Program-made: the position numbers and the translations under genes | Assembly (NCBI GenBank): GCA_965261915.1 | Contig: CBDHDW010000013.1 | Span: 640,491-704,490 of the forward strand | Source: Candidatus Poriferihabitaceae bacterium | GTDB lineage: Bacteria; Pseudomonadota; Gammaproteobacteria; Arenicellales; Poriferihabitantaceae | Direction: 5' to 3' | Length of the DNA stretch: 64,000 nt | Shown: in pieces, positions 62,246-64,000 of the stretch | How the letters are laid out: every line of letters starts with the position of its first letter | Position numbering within the stretch: position 1 is the first letter of the stretch | The notes under the pieces: generated by a model | Databases searched by the model: none | Told to the model about the DNA's origin: nothing | Seen by the model: the letters and a program-made list of their open reading frames with translations, nothing else

Positions 62246-63118
62246 TTAGGCTTGTGTCATGAGGCTAACTCGGTACTCATGAGTAACTATGACGCTCTTA
62301 AAAATCACGTTTAATTTTCTTTCAATCGATTCCTTGAGTATAAACGGATTTAGTTTCTGATGGACCGATTGCAATTGTTTTTTCTCTGCTTGCTGGATGT
62401 GTTCAGATGCCATAATGCGGTCGTAGGGAGTCGTCGGCGGGTCATATTTTTTCCGATACTTTGAGTTAATCCGCCCCTTATGTACTCATTTCATAGATGG
62501 ACAGAAGTGATTTTGTAACAGCGACCCCTCATTGGCATAGAGGTCATTCATCATGTCCACCAAGCAGGCATCATCGAAGCGGTCATAACCCAAGAGTTGG
62601 CGCAGTGGGCAATCGTATCGGCTTCCATAAAACCGGGTTGAGTGATATCCCAGGTATGCGTTCGGATGGGGATTTGGTTTTTTAGCAAGCGACCCGGTTT
62701 GGTGCCACTAAGACCTTTATGGGGGGGGGGTGAGACGCACCGGTTTAAGCCGTCGGTCAATCGTTGCGGGACTGATAGTCAACAACTTCTCCGCCACATC
62801 GCAAGGCAACGCCGCATAGCGCGTGTTATAAAATGGCAACCACAGCGGGATGGCCGCTTTGCGCTTTTTGGAACACCTCTGGTCGGATGCAAACCAGATA
62901 CGTTTGAGTGCCGGTAACCACTGGGCAGATGGGCTTCGACCGCAGGGTCGTCGTTTGCGCGCTGTAGTGGCCCGATTCAGCAACCGAATGGCCTATTTAC
63001 GGTTGTAATTGCACACCTTGCAGAATTCATCAAGAATCACTGACTTTGTCTTTTTCCCCGCCCGTCGATAACGTAACTGAATGGCTTTACGATAGGCTTG
63101 ACGCTCATTTTTACCCAT
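62246..63118 (-). pseudogene. integrase-type DDE transposase (ISNCY-like by recollection), heavily decayed
   Basis: N-terminus MGKNERQAYRKAIQLRYRRAGKKTKSVILDEFCKVCNYNRK-stop(TAG 62993-62995)-AIRLLN. A frameshift sits inside the G10/C10 tract (62721-62730). The catalytic core between ..EADTIAHC.. and ..YDRFDDACLVDMMNDLY.. is deleted, and further shifts occur in the C-terminal part. Confidence 0.6.
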
Positions 63119-63313
63119 ATTACGGCCCTCAATTTGAGTTACTTCTAATATGAGTCAACGACACCCCATCGAGAACGGCTACGGTTACATTATTTATGAG
63201 TCAACGCGGTGGATGCCCTTACTGGCCTCATCGACCAGGGCGGAGAGTGCTTTCTTATTCATACTATCTACCTTAACAGTTCAGCAGATACACCGTTCAG
63301 TTTACAGTTTCCA

Positions 63314-64000
63314 CTATTTGGTTAAACCAATTTCTTTCGCATTCGCAAAAACCTCACAAAACTCATTTTTAGTAACCTCATCTTTTGTAAAAAACAAGAT
63401 CGGTAGATTTAGTTTTTCGTAAAAAGATTTTATTGCTGTAAACGCATTTGTTTGACGCGCTCTATCCATAAAAACGAACGGATCATCCAGAATCAGAAAA
63501 ACATCTCCCAAAGGCTCCACCTTCTCCAGGAAAGCCAGCCGTGCAGAAAGGGCGAATACGTCACGGGTGCCCGAAGACAACTGATCAACTCCTAGGGCTT
63601 CTCCATAATAATCGTGGCATTTGATACTCCCAACATCCGATAGGTCATCAAATACAATTTCCCGTTTGCTTCCTAATATGATTTCTATGTAATGATTGAT
63701 ACCTTCACTCAAAGCTTGGAATTTTTGCCCTGCATCGCTGTCGATCTCTTCTGCAATAGATTTTAGAAGTCGCAGGGAGTCCATTTCCAATCGCTTTTTT
63801 TCTTTTTCTGTTTCTAAAGTTTGAATTTTCTTTTCATTGTTGAGCTGTTTTTTTGAGAGCCGGCCGATATCAAGTTTTATTACTGTATTTTTTTCTACCA
63901 GGTCCCTCCCTACTCCGCTTAGCTCCCTTTTCACCGCTTCCTTTCTATCTTTGAGATCGTTGACAGTATTTTCAAGATTTTTCATTTCAGGCTGAGTGAG
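63314..64000 (-). CDS. SMC/Rad50/YhaN-like ABC-type ATPase, C-terminal part (N-terminus outside the window)
   Basis: The frame stays open to the window edge. A coiled-coil-like K/E-rich segment is followed by the ABC signature-like QLSSGTRD and Walker B/D-loop VFLILDDPFVFMD. Confidence 0.7.
   Translation of the reverse strand, partial: LTQPEMKNLENTVNDLKDRKEAVKRELSGVGRDLVEKNTVIKLDIGRLSKKQLNNEKKIQTLETEKEKKRLEMDSLRLLKSIAEEIDSDAGQKFQALSEGINHYIEIILGSKREIVFDDLSDVGSIKCHDYYGEALGVDQLSSGTRDVFALSARLAFLEKVEPLGDVFLILDDPFVFMDRARQTNAFTAIKSFYEKLNLPILFFTKDEVTKNEFCEVFANAKEIGLTK

Overview
The window looks like a gammaproteobacterial chromosome. The gene order hemA-prfA-prmC // TPR-lolB-ispE ... tRNA-Gln-prs-rplY-pth-ychF resembles Pseudomonadales/Cellvibrionales; this taxonomic call is an inference from synteny only. 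About 75% of the window is ordinary housekeeping. It contains a polyamine-type GS-like enzyme and aminotransferase, a SulP permease, gcvT-gcvH-gcvP-lipA, an AapJQMP-type amino-acid ABC transporter, an AlkA-like glycosylase, an OmpR/HK pair, pnp-rpsO, asd, an RND adaptor plus pump, a serA-like gene with serC and DUF1015, and the translation/haem/isoprenoid cluster. Two patches are clearly accessory and heavily rearranged. (i) 38.5-50.6 kb is a ~12-kb insertion between ispE and tRNA-Gln. It holds an IS200/IS605 relic, an intact IS1595-family element, two inverted copies of a single-ORF IS66-family element (one with an 8-bp TSD, one truncated at its 5' end), and an IS1380-family element with a 5-bp TSD. 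Its two cargo modules are an FGase-family amidohydrolase with a TRAP DctQMP transporter, and a truncated TauA-like binding protein with an agmatinase-family ureohydrolase. (ii) 56.9-63.3 kb is an IS graveyard around a sigma-54/NtrC-type glnK-amtB unit. It holds two degenerate IS1016-like copies, a 338-bp duplication that creates a transposase::NorD-like chimeric ORF, an IS3 element with a 250-bp tandem duplication of its own end, and a decayed integrase-type transposase. It abuts the C-terminal part of an SMC/Rad50-like ATPase at the window edge. I see no CRISPR array, retron-like structure, rRNA or prophage. The best candidates for uncharacterised biology are the FGase-TRAP cargo operon, the orphan NorD/CbbO-like vWA protein whose start overlaps the ychF stop, the DUF1015 gene tied to serA/serC, a 306-aa unknown protein, and the truncated ATPase locus. 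All family calls come from motif recognition by eye, with no database search. IS end coordinates are good to a few bp.
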